Positions 38,313 through 48,778 of a stretch of 50,478 nt of DNA are shown here, piece by piece. Source of the DNA: an uncultured bacterium (GTDB lineage: Bacteria > Verrucomicrobiota > Verrucomicrobiia > Verrucomicrobiales > DEV007); NCBI GenBank assembly GCA_963977015.1, contig CAXBMO010000035.1:1-50478 (forward strand), given 5' to 3'. The position numbers and the translations under genes were made by a program. Every line of letters starts with the position of its first letter. Positions within the stretch are counted from its first letter, which is position 1. The notes below the pieces were generated by a model, which was given only the letters and a program-made list of their open reading frames with translations, was not told where the DNA came from and did not search any database.

Positions 38313-40814
38313 CTAATTTACATAGAGAAAATCCGCCGTTTCGAACAGCGCATGGCAAAAATCAGTCAGCGCCTCGTGATAGGCCGCTTCGCGGTCGATG
38401 CCGGTTTCCAGGCGGGCCATTTCGAGTGCCTTCTTGAAAAACTGGCTGGCCTTCGCCTTTTCATCTGCGGAGGGTGGGCGGCCATAGACGAGATAAAACG
38501 CGGCGATGCCTTTCTGTTCCGGCTTGATGTCTTCATTCTCCATCAGCCGGCGGGCCATGGCCTCGGCCCGGGTCCGAACAAAGTCGCTGTTCATCAGAAA
38601 GAGGGCCTGCGAGGGAACAGTGGTGGTTTCGCGCTTGCCCACTCCGCTGTTCGGGTCGGCAAAATCGAAGATCGCGAGCGAATCCGGAACCTGCTTGCGC
38701 ACGATCGGCAGATACACGGAACGATGCGGACTGGTGGCTTCGAAGCCGTCGATGTCCGCAACGCCGCCGCTGCGCAGGTTGAGGCTTTGCTCTGCGATCA
38801 CCGATCCGTAAGGCGGCTCGAGATCCAAGGTGCCACTGATCGCGAGAAGGGAGTCGCGCAGAGATTCGGCATCGAGCCGGCGCTTGTCGGCCCGCCAACG
38901 GAGCGCATTTTCGGGATCGGTGGTGAAGGCGGTGCTTTCAAAATCTGAGCTCAGTTGGTAGGTGCGAGACAGGACGATCTCGCGGATCAGATTCTTCACC
39001 GACCAATCCTCCGCAAATTGCAGAGCCAGATGATCGAGCAGCTCGGGGTGGCTCGGCTTGCTTCCGGTGGCGCCAAAATTATCGACGCTGGCGACGATGC
39101 CGTTGCCCATCAGATGCATCCAGACGCGATTGACCATGACGCGGGCAGTGAGCGGATTTTCAGGAGATGCAATCCACCGGGCAAGTTCCAGGCGACCGGA
39201 AGATTCGTCGGAAAGCGGTTCCATCGCGCCCTCGGCGGACAAGACCTGGAGAAACCCGCGCGGCACTTCGTTTTTGGCCAGCGCCAGTTCTCCGCGAACC
39301 AGGAGCTGTGCGTCGGAAATGGTCTCGCTCTCGGTGACGCCCATCGCGAGGGCAATGGGCTTGCCGTCCTCGTCGTAGGAACTGAGTTCCTTCTCCAGCA
39401 TGGTGATGACATGATTCAGTCTCAGGAGCTGCTGCCGGTTCACTTGCCCCGGATCCTGCGTCCGGGCTCTCACCAATTCCCTCATGCGGTCGCGGGCCCG
39501 GCTGAGCTGAGTTTTTTTGTCCGCCAATTCATCGGCGGACAAGGGCTTGAAGGCATACTCCGTATCCTGGACCGGCAGTTCGATCAGCTCGGACGAATTG
39601 CGATTCTGAACCGAGGAATACGTGCCGAACCAGGTGTTGCTGCTCAGAAAAATGCCCGCCATGGCGTAGTAGTCGGACTGCGGAATGGGATCGAATTTAT
39701 GATCGTGACAGCGGGCGCAGGAAATAGTCGTGCCGAGCATGGCTTCGCCAAGGGTTTCGATTTGTTCATCGACCAGATCGTAGCGAAACTGCTCCGGGCT
39801 TTTGGCGTTCAGGTTTTTCGGGCCGAGGGCAAGAAAACCGGTCGCCACCAGATTCTCCGTCCAGGCTTCGTCGCTTGCTGCAGGCATCAGATCGCCCGCG
39901 ATCTGCGCGCTCAGGAATTCGTCGTACGGACGATCCTTGTTGAAGCTGTCGATGACATAGTCGCGGTAGCGCCAGGCCTCCGGATAGAAAACCACATTCA
40001 CGTCCCGGCCGTTGGATTCCGCATAACGGGCGATATCGAGCCAATGCCGTCCCCATCGCTCCCCAAATTGAGGTGATGCAAGCAGTTCTTCGACAACGGC
40101 GGCCACCGCAGCAGGTCGGTCTTCGGCGCAAGCCGCAATGAAAGCCTCCACCTGCTCCGGTTCTGGCGGCAGACCGATGAGGTCGAACGAAAGGCGGCGC
40201 AGCAGGGTGGCAGGATCGGCATCGGCGACCGGTTCCAGCTTGGCTTCCTTGAGGCCGGCGTAGATGTAGCGATCAATGTCTGTCACCGGCCAGGCATCCG
40301 CGGGAAATTCGGGAACCTGGGTCTGCCGCGGTTTCCGGTAGGCCCAGAAATCCCGCCCCGCCTCGATGTCGATGACCGAGGTGACTTTCCCCGAAATCGC
40401 CGACTTCCGCGGGTCAGGCGCTCCCATCTCGATCCACCTGCGAAAATCATCGATCACCGCGTCGTCCAGTCGATACTTCGGCGGCATCTCAAGCGAATCG
40501 TCGGCGTAGCTGATCGCGCTGATCAGGAGGCTTTTTTCAAGATCTCCGGGAACGACCGCAGCACCTGTGTCGCCGCCACGAAGGCTCGCTTCGCGGCTAT
40601 CGAGCAGCAGTCCGCCTTTTACCTTTTCCGATTCCTGCGAATGGCATTCGTAGCAATGTTTGACCAAAGCAGGGCGAATTTTTGATTCGAAAAACTCCAG
40701 CCCTGCTTCATCGGTTTGGCCGAGGCTGACGGTCGCAGGCAGGAGCGTGAACAGCGCCAGCAGTGGCGCTTTGGATTTTCGTTCGGTAACTCGGGAGATG
40801 CAGATCATGGTCAT
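38313..40814 (-). CDS. PSD1/DUF1549/Planctomycete cytochrome c protein
   Basis: [83 protein letters not shown] 40814 (or 40808) preferred over 41033. Confidence 0.93.
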   Translation of the reverse strand: MTMICISRVTERKSKAPLLALFTLLPATVSLGQTDEAGLEFFESKIRPALVKHCYECHSQESEKVKGGLLLDSREASLRGGDTGAAVVPGDLEKSLLISAISYADDSLEMPPKYRLDDAVIDDFRRWIEMGAPDPRKSAISGKVTSVIDIEAGRDFWAYRKPRQTQVPEFPADAWPVTDIDRYIYAGLKEAKLEPVADADPATLLRRLSFDLIGLPPEPEQVEAFIAACAEDRPAAVAAVVEELLASPQFGERWGRHWLDIARYAESNGRDVNVVFYPEAWRYRDYVIDSFNKDRPYDEFLSAQIAGDLMPAASDEAWTENLVATGFLALGPKNLNAKSPEQFRYDLVDEQIETLGEAMLGTTISCARCHDHKFDPIPQSDYYAMAGIFLSSNTWFGTYSSVQNRNSSELIELPVQDTEYAFKPLSADELADKKTQLSRARDRMRELVRARTQDPGQVNRQQLLRLNHVITMLEKELSSYDEDGKPIALAMGVTESETISDAQLLVRGELALAKNEVPRGFLQVLSAEGAMEPLSDESSGRLELARWIASPENPLTARVMVNRVWMHLMGNGIVASVDNFGATGSKPSHPELLDHLALQFAEDWSVKNLIREIVLSRTYQLSSDFESTAFTTDPENALRWRADKRRLDAESLRDSLLAISGTLDLEPPYGSVIAEQSLNLRSGGVADIDGFEATSPHRSVYLPIVRKQVPDSLAIFDFADPNSGVGKRETTTVPSQALFLMNSDFVRTRAEAMARRLMENEDIKPEQKGIAAFYLVYGRPPSADEKAKASQFFKKALEMARLETGIDREAAYHEALTDFCHALFETADFLYVN

Positions 40815-41017
40815 TGCCGCGATGTAAGTAGTAACCCAGCAGCCCCGGAAAAGTTTCGTGAATAGCCGGAAAGCAAAGCTTCCGCTAATCAGGACAGCAC
40901 TACACGATCCAACAGGGTAGGTTCGCCGAATTAACCCTATTAGATCGCCAGAAAAAGGGGGCACCTCAGTGGGCAGCAGACAAGAATTGGCTGTTCCCCG
41001 CCTCCCAACCCACCCAC

Positions 41018-42034
41018 TCACCTCACCTCCCACTCAATCCGACGCACCTTGCCGCCGAGGCTCTGGGAGACCAGGGCGTTGCGCGCCGCTTCGTCCAAAG
41101 CCGGCTCCCCTCGCAGGTAGCGATCCAGAATCGCGGGGACGATTACCTGGAGGGCTTTGGTGACATCGGTGTCCGGCTTGATCATGCCACTGCGCGGGCC
41201 TCCGGTGGGATCGGAGAAACTGAAATGATGCGCGTCGTGGAACCAGAGCAGGTGCTTCTCGCCCTCGGGCATGAGCCGGAAGAAGTCCTTGTGACCGTCA
41301 CCGACCAGATCTCCGGTTCCGGAAATCCCCGCAAACGGACCGGTGACCTTCGAAAAACTGTCCGCATCGAAGAAGTTGCCGTTCGCACTTTGCGGGCTCA
41401 GGCCGATGCCCAGGCTGATGCGGGGTTCGGTGAGGTCGTCGTCGATGCCGACCGGCTTCGCTCCGCAGCAGACCATCGCGGTGTAGGCGCCATACGAGTG
41501 GCCGAGGATCGCGATCCGCGACAGGTCGATGCGGCCCTTGAGTCGGTCATCCTCCCGGTTCCACTGCTCGGCGAGGTCGATGGCAAAGCGCACGTCGAGC
41601 GGCCGGTTCTTCCTCGCGACCTCGTCTTCGCCGCACTCGATGAGAGCCTCCCGGAAGCCGATTCCCTGGCTGCGCATGCGCCGGCGGATGTCGTCGGTGT
41701 TGCTGGTGACGTGCTCCAGGCACAGGACCACGTAGCCACGCTCCGCGATCTCGGACGCGAGGGCATACATCCCGTGCCGACTGCCCGCTCCGCCGTGGGA
41801 GACGAGGACGAGGGGGCGGGCGTCCTCCTGCTCCGGCAGGTGGAAGGTGAGGGGAACATTGCGATCCCGCGCCGCGTCGTGGTTCTCAGGCAAGTCGATG
41901 ACCGACTCCGACGCCGCAGCGCCCGCAATTCCCGTGAAGAAAACGAGGACCGCCAGAAGGCTTGCCGGGGCGACCCGGTTCCACCGCGACTTCTCTGCAA
42001 GGACTGACCGACACACCAAAACAGTACAACTCAT
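41018..42034 (-). CDS. Secreted alpha/beta hydrolase (dienelactone hydrolase/PAF-AH-like), start uncertain
   Basis: [44 protein letters not shown] (GxSxG), [13 protein letters not shown] give a Ser-Asp-His triad. Confidence 0.85.
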   Translation of the reverse strand: MSCTVLVCRSVLAEKSRWNRVAPASLLAVLVFFTGIAGAAASESVIDLPENHDAARDRNVPLTFHLPEQEDARPLVLVSHGGAGSRHGMYALASEIAERGYVVLCLEHVTSNTDDIRRRMRSQGIGFREALIECGEDEVARKNRPLDVRFAIDLAEQWNREDDRLKGRIDLSRIAILGHSYGAYTAMVCCGAKPVGIDDDLTEPRISLGIGLSPQSANGNFFDADSFSKVTGPFAGISGTGDLVGDGHKDFFRLMPEGEKHLLWFHDAHHFSFSDPTGGPRSGMIKPDTDVTKALQVIVPAILDRYLRGEPALDEAARNALVSQSLGGKVRRIEWEVR

Positions 42035-42194
42035 GATCTCTCTAGACACAAGTTGAGGGCAACTGGTTACATATTTGTTGGGTTGACCGCTTCGCTGTTG
42101 CGGGCCAGTTCGGTTATCGCCGGGCTTCGCTCCGCCTGCAAGCACGGGGCCAGAGCGAAGAGGATAAGTACCTCGACCTCATTTTGAACGTGCC

Positions 42195-43499
42195 CTAGAG
42201 AAATTCGTTGATCAGGTTCTCGAGCATTTCCTGGCGTCCACTTGCGAGGAGAGGTTCTCCGTTAGTCGCGGCGAAGGCGGCCAGGTCCTCGAAACTGCAA
42301 TCGCCGGACTCGATCCTGGCGCCGATTCCGCTATCGAAACTGCGGTAACGTTCCTCGACGAAGCCATCCAGCCGACCGTCCTCGCGGATGGTGTGGGCAA
42401 TTTTCAGCCCGCGGGCGAAGGCGTCCATTCCGCCAATGTGCGCATGGATGAGATCGATCGGGTCGTGGGATTCCCGACGCCGCTTTGCGTCGAAATTCAA
42501 GCCGCCGGTTTTCAATCCGCCCATCTTCAACACCACCAGCATCACTTGGGTGGCGAGATGGATGTCGGTCGGAAACTGGTCGGTGTCCCAGCCGATCAGG
42601 GTGTCGCCGCGGTTGGCGTCGATGCTTCCGAGCATGCCGGCATTCGCCGCCACAGTAAGTTCGTGCTCCATGGTGTGGCCGGCCAGTGTGGCATGGTTGG
42701 TCTCGATGTTGAGCTGAAAGTGCTCGGTCAGACCGTACTCGCGCAGGAAGTTGAGGCACGCCGCCGCATCGCTGTCGTACTGGTGAGTGGAAGGTTCGCG
42801 CGGTTTGGGTTCGATGTAGAAAGGACCGTCGAAGCCGATCTTCTTGGCGTGATCCACTGCCATGTGCAGGAAGGCGGCGAGGTGATCGAGCTCGCGTTTC
42901 ATGTTGGTGTTGAGCAGCGTCGAATAGCCTTCGCGACCACCCCAGAAGGTGTAGCCGAGACCATCCAGTTCGTTGGTCGCTTCGAGGGCTTTTTTCACCT
43001 GGGCGGCAGCGTAGGCATAGACGCTCGCATCCGGGGAGGTTGCCGCGCCTTGCGCATAACGCGGGTGGGCGAATAGGCATGCCGTCCCCCAGAGCAGCCT
43101 CACTCCGGTCTCGGCCTGCTTCTCCTTGAGCTTGGATACGACCTGATCGAGCGCGTCGTTGGAAGCGGAAAGATCGTTGAGTTCGGGAGCGATGTCACGA
43201 TCATGCCAGCAGTAGAATTCGATGCCTGTTTTGTCGAGGAACTCGAAAAACACATCAACTCGCTTGAGGGCGTTCTCGACAGAATTCGACCCGTCATCCC
43301 ACGGCGTATGTGCGGTGCCGGCACCGAATGGATCGGAAAGATCGTTGCGCATCACGTGCCAGTAGGCGCCCGCGAAGCGAAGATGATCCTTCATCTTTTT
43401 GTCCCCGATTAATTCGTCGGGATTGTAGTGTTTGAAGGAGAGAGGGTTTTTCGAGGAAGGCCCCTCGTATTGAATTTTGTCGCAGTCGAAATATTGCAT
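42195..43499 (-). CDS. xylA: Xylose isomerase (class II)
   Basis: KIQYEG...[16 protein letters not shown]...[81 protein letters not shown]. Confidence 0.98.
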   Translation of the reverse strand: MQYFDCDKIQYEGPSSKNPLSFKHYNPDELIGDKKMKDHLRFAGAYWHVMRNDLSDPFGAGTAHTPWDDGSNSVENALKRVDVFFEFLDKTGIEFYCWHDRDIAPELNDLSASNDALDQVVSKLKEKQAETGVRLLWGTACLFAHPRYAQGAATSPDASVYAYAAAQVKKALEATNELDGLGYTFWGGREGYSTLLNTNMKRELDHLAAFLHMAVDHAKKIGFDGPFYIEPKPREPSTHQYDSDAAACLNFLREYGLTEHFQLNIETNHATLAGHTMEHELTVAANAGMLGSIDANRGDTLIGWDTDQFPTDIHLATQVMLVVLKMGGLKTGGLNFDAKRRRESHDPIDLIHAHIGGMDAFARGLKIAHTIREDGRLDGFVEERYRSFDSGIGARIESGDCSFEDLAAFAATNGEPLLASGRQEMLENLINEFL

Positions 43500-43574
43500 T
43501 GGAACAGGAGGTTGTCGTTCGGGTTTCTTTTGATGAACGCCGAGATCCTACCGGTCTTCCCCAAAAGAAAAACC

Positions 43575-43610
43575 GCATATTGCGTGGAACTTCTGTGGAT
43601 TTGCGCCAAT
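43575..43610. promoter_or_regulatory. Candidate XylR/AraC-type operator (TTGCG direct repeat, 21-bp period)
   Basis: TTGCG at 43580 and 43601 in the divergent xylA/xylR intergenic region. A 21-bp period is typical of AraC-family half-sites. Confidence 0.3.
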
Positions 43611-43618
43611 CTCCGTGC

Positions 43619-44764
43619 GTGAGCCATCAGGTCGCCATCGTCATGTCCGAAGTCTTCCTGCGACGTCTCACCCCGTCGTTGATCCCCTTCGTGCGCCGCG
43701 AACTCGACTACCGGATCGTCAGCATCCACCGCCCCCTTGCGGAATTGGACAAGCTGCTCAGCGACCTCGAACCCGACGGGCTCATCACCGAATGGCTCGA
43801 CGACAAGACCGAGGCGCTACTTGGTCTCGGCCTCGGGATTCCCACCGTCATCGTCGATACCGATTTCACCTATCCCGGCGTCGTCAGCATCGATGTCGAC
43901 GACCACGCGGTTGGCCGCGAGGCTGCTCAAGCGTTCCGCCAGTCGGGCCTGAACAGCTTTGCCTGCCTCGGAAACGGGCAGCCCTACTCGAATCAGCGGG
44001 TCGAGGGATTCCGCGAGGCGCTCGGAGATGAAGCTGAAGTTGCCCTTCACACCGTGTCCGGCTTTGAGGAAACCCGCTACAGCGAATCCTTCATCCGACC
44101 GGATCCCGCCTTGCGGAAATGGCTCGAGGAACTTCCCAAACCGGTGGGCATTTTCGCCGTCCACGATCCTCTCGGCCGATTTCTCTGCGGAGCCTGCCAA
44201 CAGATGAACCTGGGAATCCCCGAGGATGTCTCGGTGATCGGCGCCAACAACGACGAACTCGTCTGCGGCCTCACCCACCCCATGCTGTCGAGCGTTTCCA
44301 TCCCCTGGGACGCCATCGGCGAAACCGTCGGTGAAGCGATGCAGCGACTTCTCAACGGAGAGATCGAGGCGATGGCCTCTGCTCGACTCGTCCAACCCGG
44401 CGGGGTCGTCCTGCGTCATTCCGCCAATCACTTTGCCGTCGACGACCCGATGCTGCGCCGCGCCATGCACCACCTCTCCGACCACATTCAGGAGCCCATC
44501 AGCGTTGGCACCATGTGCCGCGAACTCCGAGTCGCCCGACGCACTCTGGAACGAAAATTCAGGGAACACTATCGATGCACTCCGTGGGAAATGTTGTGCC
44601 AGATGCGTGTCAACCAGGCCAAGAAACTCCTGACAAACTCCAACCACCCGATCTCGCTCATCGCCGACCTTTGCGGCTTTCATGATCCCGAACGCATGGC
44701 GGTCGTGTTCAAGCGCCTAACCGGTATGCCCCCTTCGCAGTATCGGAAATCTTCTGTTTTGTGA
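43619..44764 (+). CDS. xylR: XylR-type regulator (LacI-like sugar-binding domain + AraC HTH)
   Basis: DDHAVGREAA, WLEELPKPVGIFA, IPEDVSVIGANNDE, LSSVSIP, RRTLERKF, AKKLL...IADLCGF...FKRLTGMPPSQYR. Divergent from xylA. GTG 43619 inferred as start. Confidence 0.85.
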   Translation: MSHQVAIVMSEVFLRRLTPSLIPFVRRELDYRIVSIHRPLAELDKLLSDLEPDGLITEWLDDKTEALLGLGLGIPTVIVDTDFTYPGVVSIDVDDHAVGREAAQAFRQSGLNSFACLGNGQPYSNQRVEGFREALGDEAEVALHTVSGFEETRYSESFIRPDPALRKWLEELPKPVGIFAVHDPLGRFLCGACQQMNLGIPEDVSVIGANNDELVCGLTHPMLSSVSIPWDAIGETVGEAMQRLLNGEIEAMASARLVQPGGVVLRHSANHFAVDDPMLRRAMHHLSDHIQEPISVGTMCRELRVARRTLERKFREHYRCTPWEMLCQMRVNQAKKLLTNSNHPISLIADLCGFHDPERMAVVFKRLTGMPPSQYRKSSVL

Positions 44765-44871
44765 TTTCTGCGATTGTGTGGATCGCGTTGCGGTCAGGAA
44801 CGACAAAATCGATATTCTTTTCAAAAACGTTGTTACACTTTTCCCTTCCCACGGAGAGAAGAAACAAGCCC

Positions 44872-45402
44872 ATGTTGTCAGAAGACGATCAGGAAACATT
44901 TACCCGTTTGTGGACCGAAGCTCAGCCGACGGTTTCGCACTATCTGCTGTCGCTCGTTCGTGATTCGGCGACGGTAAAGGATTTGCTGCAATCAACGGCA
45001 CTGGTGCTGCTGCGCAAATTTGACGACTACGATCGCGAGCAACCTTTTCTTTCCTGGGCGATGGGGGTGGCGAAGTTCGAATTGCTCGGCCATCGCCGCG
45101 ATGAGGCGAGGAGCCGGGTGGTGTTTGATTCGGACCTGCTCGACCGCTACACCGCAAAGTGGGCGGAACTGGCCCCGCAGCATTCCGACGAGGCGGCCGC
45201 ATTGCAAAACTGTCTCGCCAAGTTGCCGAAACGCCTCCGCAAGGTGATCCGGCTGCGGTATTTTGAGGATCAGCGTTCCGGCGCTATTGCCGAGGCGCTC
45301 GGTCTGACCGCAGGCAATGTCAGGGTCACTTTGCAGCGCACCCGCGAACAACTTCGGCAGTGCGTCGAGCGGGAACTCAGGCTGGAGGGAGGTTCGGCAT
45401 GA
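44872..45402 (+). CDS. ECF sigma-70 factor (Rhodopirellula/Verrucomicrobium type)
   Basis: FTRLWTEAQPTV, DLLQSTALVLLRKFDDYD, FLSWAMGVAKFE, ALQNCLAKLP, LQRTREQLRQCVE. ATGA overlap with the next gene. Confidence 0.95.
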   Translation: MLSEDDQETFTRLWTEAQPTVSHYLLSLVRDSATVKDLLQSTALVLLRKFDDYDREQPFLSWAMGVAKFELLGHRRDEARSRVVFDSDLLDRYTAKWAELAPQHSDEAAALQNCLAKLPKRLRKVIRLRYFEDQRSGAIAEALGLTAGNVRVTLQRTREQLRQCVERELRLEGGSA

Positions 45403-46742
45403 CGGACGATTCGAAGACTCTCATTGCCGGATGGCTCGATGGTGATCTCGATGCGGTCGGACAGGATCGCCTCGAAAATTGGCTCCGCGAGAATCCGGAG
45501 AACCTCGATCAACTGGTCGAAGCATCGATCCGCGACCAGCAGCTTCGTGAAGCAGTCCAGGTATTTGAGAATCGCGCTTCGGCGGAAAAAGCTCCGGTTG
45601 TCCGGCAGTCCCGACGCCGTTTTCTGCCGACGCTGGCCGCGGCTGCCGCGATCGTTTTGGGGTTGGCTGCGGCGCTTTGGTTGTTCCGCGATGCGCCCAA
45701 TTCCCCCGCCATCGCAAAGGTCGTGGCCGCCGAAAACGTCCGGTTGGCGAATCGCAACGAAACGCTCAAGGTGGGCTCAGCTTTCGCGACGGGGCCGATC
45801 ATGCTCGAAGCAGGCCGGCTCGATCTTCAACTCGCTTCCGGCGTCCACCTCGAGATGACCGGTCCGCTGGAAGGGGAGTTGATCGACGCGATGCATCTCC
45901 GGCTCAAGTCAGGCCGGCTCAATGCGAACGTGGGGGAACGCGGGAAGGGGTTCACGGTCTACACGGATGCCGGTGACGTGATCGACCTCGGCACCGAGTT
46001 CGGTATCGAGGTGGATGAGGACGGAGAGAGCCGGGTCGCGGTCTTCACCGGGAAGGTCGAAGTTCGGCCTCATGAAAAAGACAAGACCCAAAAACCCCGC
46101 ACCATTCTGCTTACCGAAGGCCAGGCGGCCCGGTTCTCGGTGCTCGCGGGGTTGCGCCGCTGGGACCAGGTCGCTCTCGCGGCTCAGGCCGCAGGCATTT
46201 CGTCGAAACCTCCCGCCGGAGTCGTGAAACAAGTTCGGGACAACCTCGGGGACAATGAGCTGCATCCTTTTTACGGCGTTGTCGATGGCGGCATGAAAAG
46301 CGGCGCGCTCGCTTACACCGACAAGCCCAACCCCAGTTGGCGCGCCGCTGAGGGAGAGTCGTTTCCTGACTGGCTCGAAGGCGCTGACCAGATCCGCACC
46401 TACCATCAATTCCGCAGGCGCAACTACTACCGCTTGCATCTCGAAATCGCTGAGCCGGCGGTCGTGTTCGTGCTCCAGGACGCTCGTTTCGAAGCGCCTG
46501 ATTGGTTGCAAAACCAATTTACGGCGACCGGCACCCAACTCCGGGTCGGTCCTTGGAATATCGCCATGGCGGCTCAGCCCGGTGTCATCGTGGAACAAGA
46601 CGGACCCTATCTGACCGCCGACATCTGGAAGTGCGAAGTGCCTGCCGGTGAGGTGATCCTCGGCCCACCGCGCGATCGCGAAGACGAAGTTCCCGTGGCG
46701 ATGTACGGACTAGCGGTCAAGCCACTTCGCGATACGCCCTGA
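45399..46742 (+). CDS. FecR-like anti-sigma factor with an unassigned C-terminal domain
   Basis: GGAGG upstream. LIAGWLDGDL...LENWL, TM (LAAAAAIVLGLAAALWLF), FecR (GFTVYT...VIDLGTEFGIEV...VAVFTGKVEV), then a ~175-aa tail. Confidence 0.88.
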   Translation: MTDDSKTLIAGWLDGDLDAVGQDRLENWLRENPENLDQLVEASIRDQQLREAVQVFENRASAEKAPVVRQSRRRFLPTLAAAAAIVLGLAAALWLFRDAPNSPAIAKVVAAENVRLANRNETLKVGSAFATGPIMLEAGRLDLQLASGVHLEMTGPLEGELIDAMHLRLKSGRLNANVGERGKGFTVYTDAGDVIDLGTEFGIEVDEDGESRVAVFTGKVEVRPHEKDKTQKPRTILLTEGQAARFSVLAGLRRWDQVALAAQAAGISSKPPAGVVKQVRDNLGDNELHPFYGVVDGGMKSGALAYTDKPNPSWRAAEGESFPDWLEGADQIRTYHQFRRRNYYRLHLEIAEPAVVFVLQDARFEAPDWLQNQFTATGTQLRVGPWNIAMAAQPGVIVEQDGPYLTADIWKCEVPAGEVILGPPRDREDEVPVAMYGLAVKPLRDTP

Positions 46743-46766
46743 ATTTCACCATACCTTGTTAAGTCG

Positions 46767-48767
46767 ATGACCAAACCCTGCTTTCTCATTTTGTTGTTCG
46801 CGACCGCGATTCCTGGCGGCACAATCCGGGCGGAATTGGACGTGCCGATGTTTCTCGAAACCTACTGCGCGGCTTGTCACAATCCGGAGAAGAAGAAAGG
46901 CAAAATCGATTTGATGCCATTGATCGCGAATCCGAATGGCAGCGATGCTGGATTTCTCGAAGGTATTCACGATGCCGTCGATTTCGAGGACATGCCGCCG
47001 GAGGATGAAAAGCAGCCGAGTGAAACGGAACGAGCCGAGTTTCTCGCTGCGGTGAAAGCGTTCGTGATCGCAGGCGGTCGTGAAATCACTGAGAAAGCGA
47101 TGCAGCCCGGTCACGGCAACTACGTCGATCACAAAACCCTTTTTACCGAACCGAAGGTCCGTAAAGCAGCAACCCCGGTTCGACTCTGGCGGATGAGCCC
47201 GCACATTTTCATGCAGCACGCCAACGGCCTTGCCCGTGCGCCCCTGCTCCGAGTGCAGAACAACCAGGGGAGCGACGGATTGCACCCGGCGTTCGCCTAC
47301 ATGACACCTCCGCACACGTTTCGCGACCATGCAGACGCGCACCTTTTCGAAGAAGCGACCACGGAACTTCTCTTCGATGTCTGCTGGCAAATCGCGGGAC
47401 TTCAGGTAACGGGCAAGCGTCAGCCATCGGTGATCAAAGAATTTGCGGAGTTGGAAAAGCCTACCGCGGATGACTGGGGTCAGATCATCCGGACCCAGTT
47501 CCATCTCGCGATGCACAGCGAGCCGTCGGAGGAGGAGACCGTCGCACTGATCACGCTGGCCGAAAAGACCCTCGCCGACACAGGCCCGAAGGAAGCGCTG
47601 CAAACTTTGCTCACCGCGATTCTGCTCAAGCCCGAGGCCGTCTATCGATTCGAACTCGGCACGGGCGATCCCGATGAATTCGGTCGCGTTTTCCTCGCCC
47701 CGCATGAGCTGAAATACGCCCTCGCCTATGCGTTGACCGACCATGCTCCGGATGCCGCGTTGGAAAAAGCGGCGGACCGTGGAAAGCTCACGACCCGGGC
47801 GGATGTCCGCCGCGAAGTGGAGCGACTGCTTGCCGATAACAAGGCGACCGAACCGAGGTTGCTGCGCTTTTTCCAGGAGTATTTCGAATACCCGGGAGCG
47901 GCGGAAGTGTTCAAGGATAACCGCCGGGCCAACGCCGTTTTTGCCAACGAACGAATCCGGGACGCTGATCTGTTGGTCCTCCATATTCTCAACGAGGATC
48001 GCGAGGTGCTGAAACGCTTACTTACCGAGGACAGCCTCTTCATCGAAAGTATCCCTCGTGAACCGGTTGAAAGGAGGTATCGCGTCTTTCATCTGCCGGA
48101 CTATGGATTTCCCAGACAATGGAAGTTCGAAGAAAATCAGCCGATTAAACCTCCCATCGGAAAGCGCTCGGGAATCCTGACCCACCCGGCCTGGCTGCTG
48201 TCGTTTTCCGACAACGAAAAGAACCAGGCAATCCAGCGTGGGCGCTGGGTCCAGATGAAGCTGCTCGGCGGGATCGTGCCCGATACCCCGATCGGAGTCG
48301 ACGCAAAGTTGCCAACTGATCCGCACCTGACCCTCCGCGAAAAGATGCACCAGGTAACCCGCGCGGAATACTGCTGGACCTGTCATCAGAAAATGGATCC
48401 GCTCGGTCTTCCCTTCGAGCAGTTCGACGACTTCGGGCGCTTTCGCGAAGAGGAATTGGAACGACCGGTCGACACCACCGGCGACGTGGCAATGGGGGTC
48501 GAAAGCATCGACGGACCGGTGGAGGATCCGTTTAAAATGCTGGAGCGTTTTGCCAATTCCGAACACGTCGAGCAGGTCTTCGTGCGTCATGTTTTCCGCT
48601 ATTTTCTTGGCCGCAACGAAACCGTCGACGACGCGCCAACGCTGATCGACGCGCACAAGGCCTATCGCGAAAGTGACGGAAGCATGAAGGCGCTCGTTCT
48701 TTCTTTCCTGACATCCGACTCCTTTCTCTACCGGCAACTTCCGGATGCCGAACTCGCTTCCAACTAA
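46767..48767 (+). CDS. DUF1588-family Planctomycete cytochrome c protein
   Basis: Signal peptide, FLETYCAACH, MPP, VYRFELG, ELKYALAYALTD, LRFFQEYFEY, RSGILTHPAWL, AIQRGRWV, CWTCHQKMDPLGLPFEQFDDFGRFR, FVRHVFRYFLGRNET, SDSFLYR. Confidence 0.92.
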   Translation: MTKPCFLILLFATAIPGGTIRAELDVPMFLETYCAACHNPEKKKGKIDLMPLIANPNGSDAGFLEGIHDAVDFEDMPPEDEKQPSETERAEFLAAVKAFVIAGGREITEKAMQPGHGNYVDHKTLFTEPKVRKAATPVRLWRMSPHIFMQHANGLARAPLLRVQNNQGSDGLHPAFAYMTPPHTFRDHADAHLFEEATTELLFDVCWQIAGLQVTGKRQPSVIKEFAELEKPTADDWGQIIRTQFHLAMHSEPSEEETVALITLAEKTLADTGPKEALQTLLTAILLKPEAVYRFELGTGDPDEFGRVFLAPHELKYALAYALTDHAPDAALEKAADRGKLTTRADVRREVERLLADNKATEPRLLRFFQEYFEYPGAAEVFKDNRRANAVFANERIRDADLLVLHILNEDREVLKRLLTEDSLFIESIPREPVERRYRVFHLPDYGFPRQWKFEENQPIKPPIGKRSGILTHPAWLLSFSDNEKNQAIQRGRWVQMKLLGGIVPDTPIGVDAKLPTDPHLTLREKMHQVTRAEYCWTCHQKMDPLGLPFEQFDDFGRFREEELERPVDTTGDVAMGVESIDGPVEDPFKMLERFANSEHVEQVFVRHVFRYFLGRNETVDDAPTLIDAHKAYRESDGSMKALVLSFLTSDSFLYRQLPDAELASN

Positions 48768-48778
48768 CTGTCACGACC

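Noticed and set aside
40815-41033. N-terminal extensions given in the ORF track (also at 882, 3852, 5544, 7089, 43499, 44761)
   Set aside because: They overlap neighbours or promoter space. Signal peptides or family N-termini begin at downstream starts.
42070-42165. cttcgct/agcgaag motifs as a possible second attC or REP
   Set aside because: No R''/L''/L'/R' spacing or extended stem could be built. At most a decayed repeat.
19841-47984. Long antisense ORFs (19841-21049, 23034-24236, 35767-36678, 36779-38005, 38955-40076, 46746-47984)
   Set aside because: Each lies opposite a well-supported gene and has no motifs. These are expected shadows in GC-rich DNA.
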